A DNA stretch of 63,920 nt, the filler included, from Acetivibrio sp. (GTDB taxonomy: Bacteria > Bacillota > Clostridia > Acetivibrionales > Acetivibrionaceae), in the NCBI RefSeq assembly GCF_035371925.1. It is 5 parts of 5 records of this genome, joined end to end, with 100 filler letters (N's around TTAATTAATTAA, not from the genome) between each part and the next. Parts side by side here need not be neighbours in the genome. Positions count along the whole stretch, not along the records: positions 28,309 to 41,956 come from NZ_DAORXT010000080.1; positions 42,057 to 54,965 come from NZ_DAORXT010000082.1; 3 more parts are not named here. One strand, given 5' to 3'. Both the position numbers and the translations under genes were made by a program. The notes beneath the pieces were generated by a model. The model made no database searches, was not told the DNA's origin, and saw nothing but the letters and a program-made list of their open reading frames with translations. Position 1 is the first letter of the stretch, and every line of letters starts with the position of its first letter. Positions 39,247-48,672 of the stretch are shown here, in pieces.

Positions 39247-40560
39247 ATGGCGGCCATTGATTTTTCAAAATATTATGATGTGTTGGATAACAAGGACTTT
39301 ATTGAGTATACCGGAAAAGTTTCCAAAGTTGTCGGTTTGACGATTGAGTCTAACGGCCCTGAAGTTAATATTGGAGAAATCTGCAAGATAAATGCCTTAA
39401 GGGAAAACAAGATTATATCTGCAGAGGTCGTGGGATTCAGGGACAACAAGGTGCTTTTAATGCCCTTAGGCGACATGAACGGAATTGGTCCCGGAAGCAG
39501 AGTGGTGGCAACAAGGGATTATTTGTCCGTGGGAGTCGGCAATGGGCTTGTCGGAAGAGTAATTGACGGAACAGGAAGACCTATTGACGGCAAAGGTGAG
39601 ATTGTTATCGAGAGCACATATCCTGTTGAAAACAAACCGCCGCATCCCCTTCAAAGGAATAGAATAAAAGATCCATTGCCTTTGGGCGTAAAAACAATAG
39701 ACGGTCTTTTGACTGTGGGAAAAGGGCAGAGAATAGGTATTTTTGCAGGAAGTGGCGTGGGAAAGAGTACCTTAATCGGTATGATTGCCAGAAACACAAA
39801 GGCGGATATTAATGTAATTGCCTTAATTGGAGAGAGAGGAAGAGAAGTAAGGGAATTTATAGAAAAGGACCTTAAAGAGGAAGGATTAAAAAGGTCTGTG
39901 GTGGTGGTCGCAACTTCCGATCAGCCTGCACTTATAAGACTAAAAGGAGCACTTATGGCGACGGCTATAGCAGAGTACTTTAGAGACCAGGGAAAAGATG
40001 TACTTTTGCTGATGGATTCCCTTACAAGGTTTGCCATGGCTCAGAGGGAAATAGGTTTGTCAATTGGCGAACCGCCGGTTTCAAGAGGCTATACCCCTTC
40101 GGTATTTTCGGTAATGCCAAAGCTCCTTGAGAGAGCCGGAAATTCTCACTCGGGGTCGATTACCGGACTTTATACGGTATTGGTTGACGGCGATGATCTG
40201 ACTGAACCTGTAACCGATACTGCCAGAGGAATTTTGGACGGCCATATTGTTTTGTCGAGGAATCTGGCAAACAAAAACCAGTACCCTGCCATAGATGTTC
40301 TGGCAAGCGTGAGCAGGGTTATGCCGGATATAGTAACTGATGAACACATAAAGGTTGCAAACGATATTAAAAAGACGATGGCAATATATAGAGAGGCTGA
40401 GGACTTGATTAATGTCGGTGCTTATGCCAAAGGAAGCAATAAGAAAATCGACTATGCCATCGAGGTAATTGACAAGATTCAGGATTTTATTGAGCAAGGT
40501 GTTCATGATCGGTACTCATATGATGAGACTGTAAATTTGATGAAAAGTGTGTTGATTTGA
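39247..40560 (+). CDS. fliI: Flagellar export ATPase FliI
   Basis: GSGVGKST, GERGREV, DSLTRFA, LLERAG. Confidence 0.96.
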   Translation: MAAIDFSKYYDVLDNKDFIEYTGKVSKVVGLTIESNGPEVNIGEICKINALRENKIISAEVVGFRDNKVLLMPLGDMNGIGPGSRVVATRDYLSVGVGNGLVGRVIDGTGRPIDGKGEIVIESTYPVENKPPHPLQRNRIKDPLPLGVKTIDGLLTVGKGQRIGIFAGSGVGKSTLIGMIARNTKADINVIALIGERGREVREFIEKDLKEEGLKRSVVVVATSDQPALIRLKGALMATAIAEYFRDQGKDVLLLMDSLTRFAMAQREIGLSIGEPPVSRGYTPSVFSVMPKLLERAGNSHSGSITGLYTVLVDGDDLTEPVTDTARGILDGHIVLSRNLANKNQYPAIDVLASVSRVMPDIVTDEHIKVANDIKKTMAIYREAEDLINVGAYAKGSNKKIDYAIEVIDKIQDFIEQGVHDRYSYDETVNLMKSVLI

Positions 40561-40584
40561 CATTATAGGTGAGCAGGGTGGGAG

Positions 40585-41040
40585 ATGATTATGGGAAAAT
40601 TTGTTTTTAAAATGCAGACTCTGCTAAACCTCAAAATTCAATTGGAAAATGGTCTTAAAAATGAGCTGGGAAGAGCAGTCCAGGAATTGGAGAGGCAAAA
40701 GGATATATTAAATAAGATCAACAATGAAATGAATGAATATATCGACAGTATAAACAGCAAGTCTTGGGAGGGCATATCAGTAGGAGAACTTCGTGAGTAC
40801 AATACGTATATATCTTATCTTAGTGACAGGGCAAAGCTTCAAAAAGAAAATATTAAGAAGGCACAACTTGTTGTCGATAAATATAGAGATAAGCTGATTA
40901 GAGCCATGCAGGAGCGAAAAGTGCTTGAAAAGCTGAGAGAGAAAAAGTATGAAGAGTATATGAAGGAGCAGCTTAAGGAAGAGCAAAAGCTCAACGATGA
41001 GATTGTAAGCTTTAACATAAGCAATTCACAAGAACAGTAA
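40585..41040 (+). CDS. fliJ: Flagellar export protein FliJ
   Basis: KFVFKMQTLL; coiled coil; LEKLREK; follows fliI. Confidence 0.9.
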   Translation: MIMGKFVFKMQTLLNLKIQLENGLKNELGRAVQELERQKDILNKINNEMNEYIDSINSKSWEGISVGELREYNTYISYLSDRAKLQKENIKKAQLVVDKYRDKLIRAMQERKVLEKLREKKYEEYMKEQLKEEQKLNDEIVSFNISNSQEQ

Positions 41041-41092
41041 GCTGTTGAATATACGTTAAATAATACTATAAAAATGCTATTGGGAGAGAGAC

Positions 41093-41923
41093 ATGGCAAA
41101 AGAAAAGATTCAAGAAACTATTAAAAACCCTGAAGCGCAAGGAAGCGGAACTGAAAAAAAGGAAGATAAAAAAGGTGGTTTTCTGTTTGGGCTGCTTGTG
41201 CTGTTGATAACACTGATTGTTATAGTTAGTGTTGTCGGTGGGGTTTTTTTCATTGTCATCAGAAACAATGTAAACGGACTGGTGGAAAGATACAGGAACA
41301 GCCTGAAAGATATTCCCGTCCTAAAGCTGGCTTTACCTCCTGCGCCAGCGGATTACGACCCTCTTGATCCCAAAAATCTTAAAGAAGATGAACTTATTGA
41401 AAAGTATAACCAGTTCCGAAAGAAAAGCGGCGAGCTTGCAAAGAAGCTTGAGGAGACTGAAAAAGCTTTGGAGGAGCTTAAGAATTCCCAGATCGATGTT
41501 GAGGTATTGATGAGGGAAAACGAGCGGATAAAATCGGAAATGGAAGCTCAAAAGGCTAGATATGAAGAGGATTTGAAAAAAGCACAAGAGCTTTTGGTGA
41601 AAGAGGATAAAGAAGGGTTTGCGGAATTTTATAAAAAGATGAATGAGCAGCTTGCTCAGAGTCTTTACGAACAGATACTCAAGGAAGAGTATGCTAATGA
41701 GCAGGCAAAAGAGTTTGCAAAGTTATATGAGAAAATGGATACCAAGGCTGCAGCCCAAATATTTGAGGAGCTGGGAGAGTCAAAACTGGACTTGGTTGCC
41801 AACACGTTAAAAAACATGAAGAAAGACGTGGCTGCAGAAATTATATCTGAAATGAGTCAAAGCTATGCGGCTAAGGTTACTGAAAAGCTTTCAAAAGTTT
41901 ATGGAATTCAATTTGAACAATAA
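41093..41923 (+). CDS. MotE/YlxF-like flagellar protein (MgtE N-terminal-like C-terminus)
   Basis: One TM, coiled coil, YEKMDTKAAAQIF; follows fliJ. Confidence 0.75.
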   Translation: MAKEKIQETIKNPEAQGSGTEKKEDKKGGFLFGLLVLLITLIVIVSVVGGVFFIVIRNNVNGLVERYRNSLKDIPVLKLALPPAPADYDPLDPKNLKEDELIEKYNQFRKKSGELAKKLEETEKALEELKNSQIDVEVLMRENERIKSEMEAQKARYEEDLKKAQELLVKEDKEGFAEFYKKMNEQLAQSLYEQILKEEYANEQAKEFAKLYEKMDTKAAAQIFEELGESKLDLVANTLKNMKKDVAAEIISEMSQSYAAKVTEKLSKVYGIQFEQ

Positions 41924-41956
41924 AAATTTTCTATATATTTTTACAATTATCGAAAG

Positions 41957-42056
41957 NNNNNNNNNNNNNNNNNNNNNNNNNNNNNNNNNNNNNNNNNNNN
42001 TTAATTAATTAANNNNNNNNNNNNNNNNNNNNNNNNNNNNNNNNNNNNNNNNNNNN
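41957..42056. other. Artificial contig linker
   Basis: N44-TTAATTAATTAA-N44. Confidence 0.98.
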
Positions 42057-42199
42057 ATAACTATTTAAATGTAAAATTTAAGTAATTTTTTTCGTAATTA
42101 TTTTAGTTATCATAATTCACCTGTAATGTATAAAACTCCAATAAAATATTAATAATAAAACTGTATTAACAACTATACTAGAAAAGGAGGTATAATAAA

Positions 42200-42754
42200 T
42201 TGAAAGCAACTGGAATAGTTAGAAGGATAGATGACCTCGGAAGAGTAGTAATCCCGAAGGAAATCAGAAGAACTTTAAGAATCAGAGAAGGAGACCCTCT
42301 CGAAATATTTACCGATAGAGAAGGTGAAGTAATATTAAAGAAATATTCGCCAATAGGTGAATTAAGTGACTTTGCTGCTCAATATGCCGAATCCTTGCAT
42401 AAGACAAGCGGTCATATAACCTGTATTTCAGATAGAGATACAATAATAGCAGTTTCGGGGGCATCAAAGAAAGAATATCTTGAGAAATCCTTAAGTCCGG
42501 AAGTTGAAAAAATAATAGAAGAAAAAACTACTCTTGTTGTAAAAGCACCTGAGGAAAAAGCTATAAGCATTTTGGCGGATGAAATGGGCGAAACGAAATA
42601 TTATTCACAGGTAGTGACTCCTATTATTTCAGAAGGTGACCCTATTGGAGCAGTAATATTCTTGTCAACAGACCCTGATGTCCGTATGGGTGAAGTTGAG
42701 GCAAAGCTTGCTCAAACAGCTGCAGGTTTCTTGGGAAAACAGATGGAACAATAA
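42200..42754 (+). CDS. spoVT: Stage V sporulation regulator SpoVT
   Basis: MKATGIVRRIDDLGRVVIPKEIRR AbrB domain plus GAF domain. Confidence 0.97.
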   Translation: MKATGIVRRIDDLGRVVIPKEIRRTLRIREGDPLEIFTDREGEVILKKYSPIGELSDFAAQYAESLHKTSGHITCISDRDTIIAVSGASKKEYLEKSLSPEVEKIIEEKTTLVVKAPEEKAISILADEMGETKYYSQVVTPIISEGDPIGAVIFLSTDPDVRMGEVEAKLAQTAAGFLGKQMEQ

Positions 42755-42821
42755 GCATTGGCTTATGGACTGCAGTACTCTTTAACAAAGAGGTAAATAT
42801 GGACAGACTTACATCCCAAAG

Positions 42822-42859
42822 AATAACAGGTAACCGCTTAGGATTGCCTGTTATTTTTT
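42822..42859 (+). terminator. Intrinsic terminator after spoVT
   Basis: AATAACAGGTAA...TTGCCTGTTATTTTTT. Confidence 0.8.
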
Positions 42860-42980
42860 AAGACTATTTTTTGTATTAAGAATCCAAATAATTTTATATA
42901 TTTATGGTAATTGCCGGCCGCATTTGGTATAATTACTTGGTATAATTGATAAAACCAAGCACTTCCGGGGAGCTGATGAT

Positions 42981-43766
42981 ATGATAAAGGAAAAATATAC
43001 TTTTGATGATTTGCTTGAAATTATGAAGCTCTTAAGGAGCGAAAACGGATGCCCGTGGGACAGGGAACAGAACCACGAAACCCTGAAAAAGTACCTAATT
43101 GAAGAAACATACGAGGTTCTTGAAGTAATAGATTTAAACGATAAAAAAAGACTCTGTGACGAGCTGGGTGACCTTTTACTCCAGATTGTTTTTCATGCCC
43201 AGATAGCAAGTGAGGATAATGAATTTGACATGAATGATGTAATTACGGGTATTTGCAGGAAGATGGTGCAAAGGCACACCCATGTTTTCGGTACTGACAA
43301 AGCCGATACTGCCGAAGAGGTTTTGACCAACTGGGAGGAAATAAAGAAAAAGGAAAAGGGAATGAAAAGCCAGACGGAGGTGCTCAAGGATGTACCTTCA
43401 AATCTTCCGGCACTCATGAGAAGCTACAAGGTTCAGCAAAAAGCAAGCCAAGTGGGATTCGATTGGAAAGATACGGACAGTGTGTTTGAAAAGGTTTATG
43501 AAGAAATAAACGAATTGAGAGATGTATATAAGAGTAAAGATGTGGCAAGAATAAATGATGAACTTGGGGATGTATTATTTTCCATAGTAAATTTATCTAG
43601 ATTTTTAAAGGTGCAGCCGGAACTTGCGCTAATGGGTTCTATAACCAAATTCATAGAAAGATTCGAGTTTATTGAGAAAGAAGCGGCAAAATCCGGGAAA
43701 ACCCTTACGGAAATGTCCCTTGAGGAAATGGACGAGCTATGGAAGATGGCGAAGACAAAAAAATAA
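42981..43766 (+). CDS. mazG: Nucleoside triphosphate pyrophosphohydrolase MazG
   Basis: GCPWDREQ, EETYEV, ELGDLLLQ, second ELGD. Confidence 0.95.
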   Translation: MIKEKYTFDDLLEIMKLLRSENGCPWDREQNHETLKKYLIEETYEVLEVIDLNDKKRLCDELGDLLLQIVFHAQIASEDNEFDMNDVITGICRKMVQRHTHVFGTDKADTAEEVLTNWEEIKKKEKGMKSQTEVLKDVPSNLPALMRSYKVQQKASQVGFDWKDTDSVFEKVYEEINELRDVYKSKDVARINDELGDVLFSIVNLSRFLKVQPELALMGSITKFIERFEFIEKEAAKSGKTLTEMSLEEMDELWKMAKTKK

Positions 43767-43913
43767 GAAAAATTTTCTTAAAATTCGCGAAGAAAGGAGG
43801 AATTTCAAAGTTTTCATCGAATAAACATTACTTAGGAATTACAAAGCTTGGTATTTATAATAAAAAATAAGGCTTCAAATGAAATCCAATATAAAAAAAC
43901 AGGAGGATAGCAT

Positions 43914-44189
43914 ATGAATAAGACTGAATTAATAGCAAGTATGGCTGAAAAAAGCGAATTGTCAAAGAAGGATGCAGAAAAGGCTCTCAACGCTTTTATA
44001 GAAAGTGTTGAGGAAGCGCTTGCAAAAGGTGACAAAATCCAGTTGGTAGGATTCGGTTCTTTTGAAGTAAAGGAAAGAGCTGAAAGAAAAGGAAGAAATC
44101 CTCAGACAAAAGAAGAAATTATAATTCCTGCTACTAAGACACCGGTATTTAAGGTTGGAAAGGGATTAAAGGAGTTAGTTAACAAATAA
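43914..44189 (+). CDS. hup: DNA-binding protein HU
   Basis: MNKTELI, GFGSF, GRNPQT. Confidence 0.97.
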   Translation: MNKTELIASMAEKSELSKKDAEKALNAFIESVEEALAKGDKIQLVGFGSFEVKERAERKGRNPQTKEEIIIPATKTPVFKVGKGLKELVNK

Positions 44190-44330
44190 GATTAGAAACA
44201 CTGCTAGTTAAAGTATTGCAAATTACAGTGTTTGTAAAATAAAATTGAGGTAAAAGGGCTTCCGAAGGTGAAGCCTTTTTATTTGACCTCTTTATGCGAA
44301 ATGAAAGGGGTTGGGGGGGATCCTGTTGTT

Positions 44331-44570
44331 ATGAGAATTGACAAGTATTTAAAAGTTTCGAGACTTATAAAAAGACGTACATTGGCCAATGAGGCCTGTG
44401 AGCAGGGCAGAGTCACGATAAACGGCAAAGTGGCAAAGCCCGGGACGGAAGTGAAGGTGGGAGACATTATAGAGATCCGGTTCGGGAATAATACCACAAG
44501 GGTTGAAGTGACTGCAGTAAGCGAACACGTCTTAAAATCGGAATCAAAAGATATGTATATTATCAGGTAG
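44331..44570 (+). CDS. yabO: S4-domain RNA-binding protein (YabO/RqcP family)
   Basis: MRIDKYLKVSRLIKRRTLANEAC; true start downstream of the ORF-track start. Confidence 0.9.
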   Translation: MRIDKYLKVSRLIKRRTLANEACEQGRVTINGKVAKPGTEVKVGDIIEIRFGNNTTRVEVTAVSEHVLKSESKDMYIIR

Positions 44571-44578
44571 TTTTACAA

Positions 44579-44608
44579 AAAAGGCATTGAAGAGAGATGC
44601 CTTTTTTT
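44579..44608 (+). terminator. Intrinsic terminator
   Basis: AAAGGCAT...ATGCCTTTTTTT. Confidence 0.75.
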
Positions 44609-44637
44609 ATTTTATTTGTGAAATTGTTTGCAAAAAG

Positions 44638-44666
44638 TCATTTTTATTGTTGTACATGCATAAATA
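44638..44666 (+). promoter_or_regulatory. Candidate sigma-E promoter of yabPQ
   Basis: TCATTTT-14 nt-CATAAATA fits the sigma-E consensus; yabPQ is sigma-E dependent in Bacillus subtilis. Confidence 0.6.
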
Positions 44667-44701
44667 TTTAAAGGTGTAACATAAAATTGGAGGGATAAGG
44701 T

Positions 44702-44992
44702 ATGGTTGATGATAAAAAAGTGCAAAAGACGGGGATGCACAACCTTGTACTTGAAAACAGGGAGAGGCTCAGCATATCGGGTGTTATCGATGTGGAAAGC
44801 TTCAATGATGAAATGGTTGTGGCCGATACGGAAATGGGACTCTTAATCATACGGGGGGAAGATCTTCATATAAACAAATTAAGTGTGGAAAGCTCGGAGC
44901 TTAGTATAGAAGGATATATAACAAGTTGCGAATACAGCGATAAAGACGGAAGATCAAAAGGAATGGGCTTTTTCGCAAAAATGTTCAGATAG
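44702..44992 (+). CDS. yabP: Sporulation protein YabP
   Basis: HNLVLENRERLSISGVIDVESF, GEDLHI; gene order. Confidence 0.92.
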   Translation: MVDDKKVQKTGMHNLVLENRERLSISGVIDVESFNDEMVVADTEMGLLIIRGEDLHINKLSVESSELSIEGYITSCEYSDKDGRSKGMGFFAKMFR

Positions 44993-44997
44993 GATAA

Positions 44998-45516
44998 GTG
45001 ATCAAATTGTGGGTATCTGTTAGCAATCAGGCATATGTTTTTTTGAATTGTGTCCTGGGGGGCATGATTGTAGCATTTATATACGATATTTTCAGGGTCA
45101 GAAGGAAAACTATAAAATCCAGCAACCTCATTGTGTACTTTGAGGACTTTATTTATTGGATTATTGTTGCATTGGTTCTTTTCGCCATCATCTACAGGAG
45201 CAATGAGGGAGAACTTAGAGGATATGTCATGTTGGGAGTGGCCATTGGCATTATACTGTATGCTTTGATTTTAAGCAGAATAGTTATGGCTGTATTCTTG
45301 TTTGTAATTAGAACTATATACAAAATTGCTGTTACTGTTTGCGGCATCTTGTTGATTCCCATGAGAATAATATTAAAAATATTGAGCGTGCCTGCAAAAA
45401 AGGCATATAAAAGTATTTCCCGGGGAGCTAAAAAGATAAAGGGGGCAAGCAAGAATAAATTGAGCAAAATAAAGGTGTCGGGGAGAATATTTAATAACAT
45501 TAGGAAAAAAATATAG
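44998..45516 (+). CDS. yabQ: Spore cortex biosynthesis protein YabQ
   Basis: YDIFRV, EDFIYW, GELRGY; basic tail. Confidence 0.9.
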   Translation: MIKLWVSVSNQAYVFLNCVLGGMIVAFIYDIFRVRRKTIKSSNLIVYFEDFIYWIIVALVLFAIIYRSNEGELRGYVMLGVAIGIILYALILSRIVMAVFLFVIRTIYKIAVTVCGILLIPMRIILKILSVPAKKAYKSISRGAKKIKGASKNKLSKIKVSGRIFNNIRKKI

Positions 45517-45621
45517 GAAGGAGGATTTTTCTAATACATGTAGAATTATAATGGTGTATAATATCATTTTGTTAAATAACCCTGTGTTGATATATTGGTT
45601 TTAGCAAGGAGAGGGCAATTA

Positions 45622-45903
45622 ATGAACAAAAGAAAAAAGCGAAGTTGGGGATTGATTATAATAACCGGAGCTTTGATGGTTTATATTGGGACTGTTTTGG
45701 TCAAACAGCAGCTTATGATGAATTCCCAGCGGCAGCAGTTAAAACAGATTCAAGAGAATATAGAACATGAAAAAGAGCTTAATGAGAAGCTTCTCAAACA
45801 GAAGGAAGAAATTGCTTCAGAGAAGTATAATGAGAGGATTGCCCGGGAGACTCTTGGTATGGTAAAGAATGGTGAAAGGGTTTTTGTTGATGTGAATCAG
45901 TAG
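45622..45903 (+). CDS. divIC: Septum formation initiator DivIC/FtsB
   Basis: TM plus coiled coil; ERIARETLGMVKNGERVF. Confidence 0.88.
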   Translation: MNKRKKRSWGLIIITGALMVYIGTVLVKQQLMMNSQRQQLKQIQENIEHEKELNEKLLKQKEEIASEKYNERIARETLGMVKNGERVFVDVNQ

Positions 45904-46021
45904 TCTGATTCTGATTACCCTCCATTTTCCTTAATTCAAGAATTTCATGATACTTGACGCAAGTCAATATCATATTATATAATCAAAGTACTTTATTTAA
46001 TCAGGAGGAATTAATTAATCT

Positions 46022-46444
46022 ATGCTCGTTGAAGTAGGTAAAATTGTTGAGGGCAAAGTCTCCGGTATTACTAATTTCGGGGCTTTTATCGAGCTCTCAA
46101 ACGGTCAGACCGGCTTGGTTCACATCTCTGAAGTTGCCAATGAATATGTAAAGGACATTAAGTCTCACCTCAAGGAAAATCAAACGGTAAAGGTCAAAAT
46201 TATTTCTGTGGACAAAAACGGAAAAATCAGCCTGTCTATTAAGAGAGCTTTAGATCCGAAAAAAGCGGATGCAAAGTCCACAAGACCAGAGGAAGTGGAA
46301 TGGGGCAGCCGCAATTCGTCCAACCTTACCTTTGAGGAGCGTCTTGCCAAATTCATGAGAGATAGTGATGAAAGAATGCATGACCTCAAGAAGAATTTTG
46401 AATCGAAGAGGGGCGGCGGAGGATACAGAAAGTTTGTCCAGTAA
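46022..46444 (+). CDS. yabR: S1-domain RNA-binding protein YabR
   Basis: GITNFGAF, GLVHISEV, ISLSIK, FEERLAKF. Confidence 0.9.
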   Translation: MLVEVGKIVEGKVSGITNFGAFIELSNGQTGLVHISEVANEYVKDIKSHLKENQTVKVKIISVDKNGKISLSIKRALDPKKADAKSTRPEEVEWGSRNSSNLTFEERLAKFMRDSDERMHDLKKNFESKRGGGGYRKFVQ

Positions 46445-46560
46445 ATTTCTTTTCCATCACGAAAAGGCTGATTGTATAAAGCTTTGGTTATGACCAAGGG
46501 TTTAGTTGATTTTTGCATTTTTTTGCCTGTAATATGTAATAGAATAAGGTGCATAATATT

Positions 46561-46597
46561 AAAAGAGACTTTTATTTGCGAGTAAAAGTCTCTTTTT
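46561..46597 (+). terminator. Intrinsic terminator
   Basis: AAAAGAGACTTTTA...TAAAAGTCTCTTTTT. Confidence 0.8.
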
Positions 46598-46683
46598 GGA
46601 TGTATTGGCTTTTATGGCTGAATGAGCAGGATAAAAATGTAGATATTTCATTATAATTGGAACTAATCACCTTGAAAAAAGTG

Positions 46684-46712
46684 TTGACATTGCAGATAAC
46701 ATATATTATAAT
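46684..46712 (+). promoter_or_regulatory. Consensus sigma-A promoter of the tRNA pair
   Basis: TTGACA-17 nt-TATAAT. Confidence 0.9.
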
Positions 46713-46745
46713 AAAAAAGTCGTTTGAACGGGAAACTTCAGAGTT

Positions 46746-46834
46746 GCCGGAGTGGCGGAACTGGCAGACGCACAGGACTTAAAATCCTGCGGGACTTACC
46801 TCCCGTACCGGTTCGATTCCGGTCTCCGGCACCA
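46746..46834 (+). tRNA. tRNA-Leu (TAA)
   Basis: Cloverleaf with long variable arm, CAGGA-CT-TAA-AA-TCCTG, GGTTCGATTCC, encoded CCA. Confidence 0.96.
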
Positions 46835-46844
46835 TTTAAAATAT

Positions 46845-46920
<76 letters not shown>

Positions 46921-46928
46921 AGAATATT

Positions 46929-46958
46929 AGCGCTTATCCGAAAGGATAAGCGTTTTTT
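46929..46958 (+). terminator. tRNA operon terminator
   Basis: AGCGCTTATCC-GAAA-GGATAAGCGTTTTTT. Confidence 0.88.
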
Positions 46959-47184
46959 AGTATGCTTTTTTATATAATATTGTAAGAAATAAAAAATATT
47001 ATTTAAATTCTAGAAGGATTTTTGCTTTTCTTTGTAGAAAATACATAATTACATATATTTTGCTAAGGATTTACCAGATAACATCACAATTAGGACAAGT
47101 CTTGCCAAAGGACTCTTCATGACCAATACCGGACAGCTTTCAATCAGAGTAAATATGAATTAAATCCACGGGAGGGTGCAATGT

Positions 47185-48441
47185 ATGAAAAAGCCTAGCA
47201 GTACCAACAGTCCATTACGGGTGGCCTATTTGCTTTCTGCGATACTTGCGGTTGGTAACGGTTTATTTATTTATATAATGTCGGGCAGAAGATTAGGCGC
47301 TTTACTTACCAATTTAGTAGTGTGCTCACTTGTGGCGTTTTCAATAAAAGTTGCAACTGATATTACCTTTAAAAGAATCGTTAATAGATTAAATACGGAT
47401 ATGGAAAAGGTAAATCAAGGGAATTTGTGCCATCTGATTGAAACTGAAGATGCCGGCGAAGTGAAAAAAATATCTGTGGCTGTGAATTCAATGCTGAAAG
47501 AAATTTGTGAATTGATTGAAAGCTTTCTTTCTCTTTCATCCCTCATCATGGAGTCCACGGGAAAAGTCAGTGCTGCGGCAGAGTCGGCGTCACAGGCTAT
47601 GGGCGAAATATCGAGAACTGTGGAGCAAATAGCGACGGGAGCATCATCCCAAGCAAATGAGGCACAGCAAGGCGTACAGGCCATGGACAAGCTATCGGAA
47701 CAGATTACACTGGTATATCAAAACTATAACAGTGTCATTGACGATACGAGAAAAATCAACGAATTGAACAATATAGGATTGCAATCGGTTAAAGTATTGA
47801 GGGACAGGGCAAAGGAGAATTATGAAACGACAGAAAAGATATTTTCGGTTGTTGAAAAGCTTGCAAAAGGTATAGAAGATATAGGAAGCTTTGTTGAAGC
47901 TATTGAAAGCATAGCAGAGCAAACAAACCTTTTGGCGCTGAATGCAGCAATCGAGGCGGCAAGGGCTGGGGAAGCGGGCAAAGGATTTGCTGTTGTTGCC
48001 GATGAAGTAAGAAAGCTTGCCGACCAGAGCAGGAAGTCCACGGAAGAGATTAACCTCTTGGTGAACAGCATACAGGAAGAGTCTGCATTGGCGATTGAGT
48101 CCATGGAAATAATGAGAAGGGTGTCGGCGGACCAAAACGAGGCTGTCAATCAGACGGACAGTGCGTTCAGCGACATTGCAAACGCAATAGATTCCATAGT
48201 TCTAAGAATTAAAGATGTGAATCAAGCGGTTGAAAAAATGCAGAATGACAAAAGAGATGTAATTACCGCTATTGAAAGTATTTCGGCAGTTTCAATGGAA
48301 ACGGAGGCTTTTAGCAAAGAAGTGACGATGACAACAGAGCACCAGTTAAAGTATATCGATGACATGAAAGATGCTTCCAACAAATTGAGTGAGCTTGTGA
48401 AGGAGCTGGACGATAAACTGGCAAAGTATAAGATAAAATAA
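47185..48441 (+). CDS. Methyl-accepting chemotaxis protein
   Basis: Two adjacent TM helices, [41 protein letters not shown]. Confidence 0.95.
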   Translation: MKKPSSTNSPLRVAYLLSAILAVGNGLFIYIMSGRRLGALLTNLVVCSLVAFSIKVATDITFKRIVNRLNTDMEKVNQGNLCHLIETEDAGEVKKISVAVNSMLKEICELIESFLSLSSLIMESTGKVSAAAESASQAMGEISRTVEQIATGASSQANEAQQGVQAMDKLSEQITLVYQNYNSVIDDTRKINELNNIGLQSVKVLRDRAKENYETTEKIFSVVEKLAKGIEDIGSFVEAIESIAEQTNLLALNAAIEAARAGEAGKGFAVVADEVRKLADQSRKSTEEINLLVNSIQEESALAIESMEIMRRVSADQNEAVNQTDSAFSDIANAIDSIVLRIKDVNQAVEKMQNDKRDVITAIESISAVSMETEAFSKEVTMTTEHQLKYIDDMKDASNKLSELVKELDDKLAKYKIK

Positions 48442-48672
48442 TGACAATTTATTTAAAAACCTCAATAAGGCCTTTACCGGGCCTTATTAAATTTGGAAAG
48501 GTATTTTTAAAATTCATCCTTAATTTTGGTGATTGTTGACTGTTTTTACTGCATCGTGCTAATATTAGATTAGTTATGGAGACTAAAAGAACATCAGATT
48601 CTCTCGAATTTAAAAGTTTAAATAGATAATACTAAAAGAAGCAAAATTAACATGATGTAAAACCCATTCTAA

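Noticed and set aside
42981..43766. MazG as an anti-phage or toxin-antitoxin component
   Set aside because: It lies in the conserved spoVT-mazG-hup-yabOPQ-divIC housekeeping block.
46960..47184. c-di-GMP riboswitch or sigma-D promoter ahead of the MCP
   Set aside because: I could not find the GEMM-I/II core motifs or a convincing TAAA-N15-GCCGATAT.
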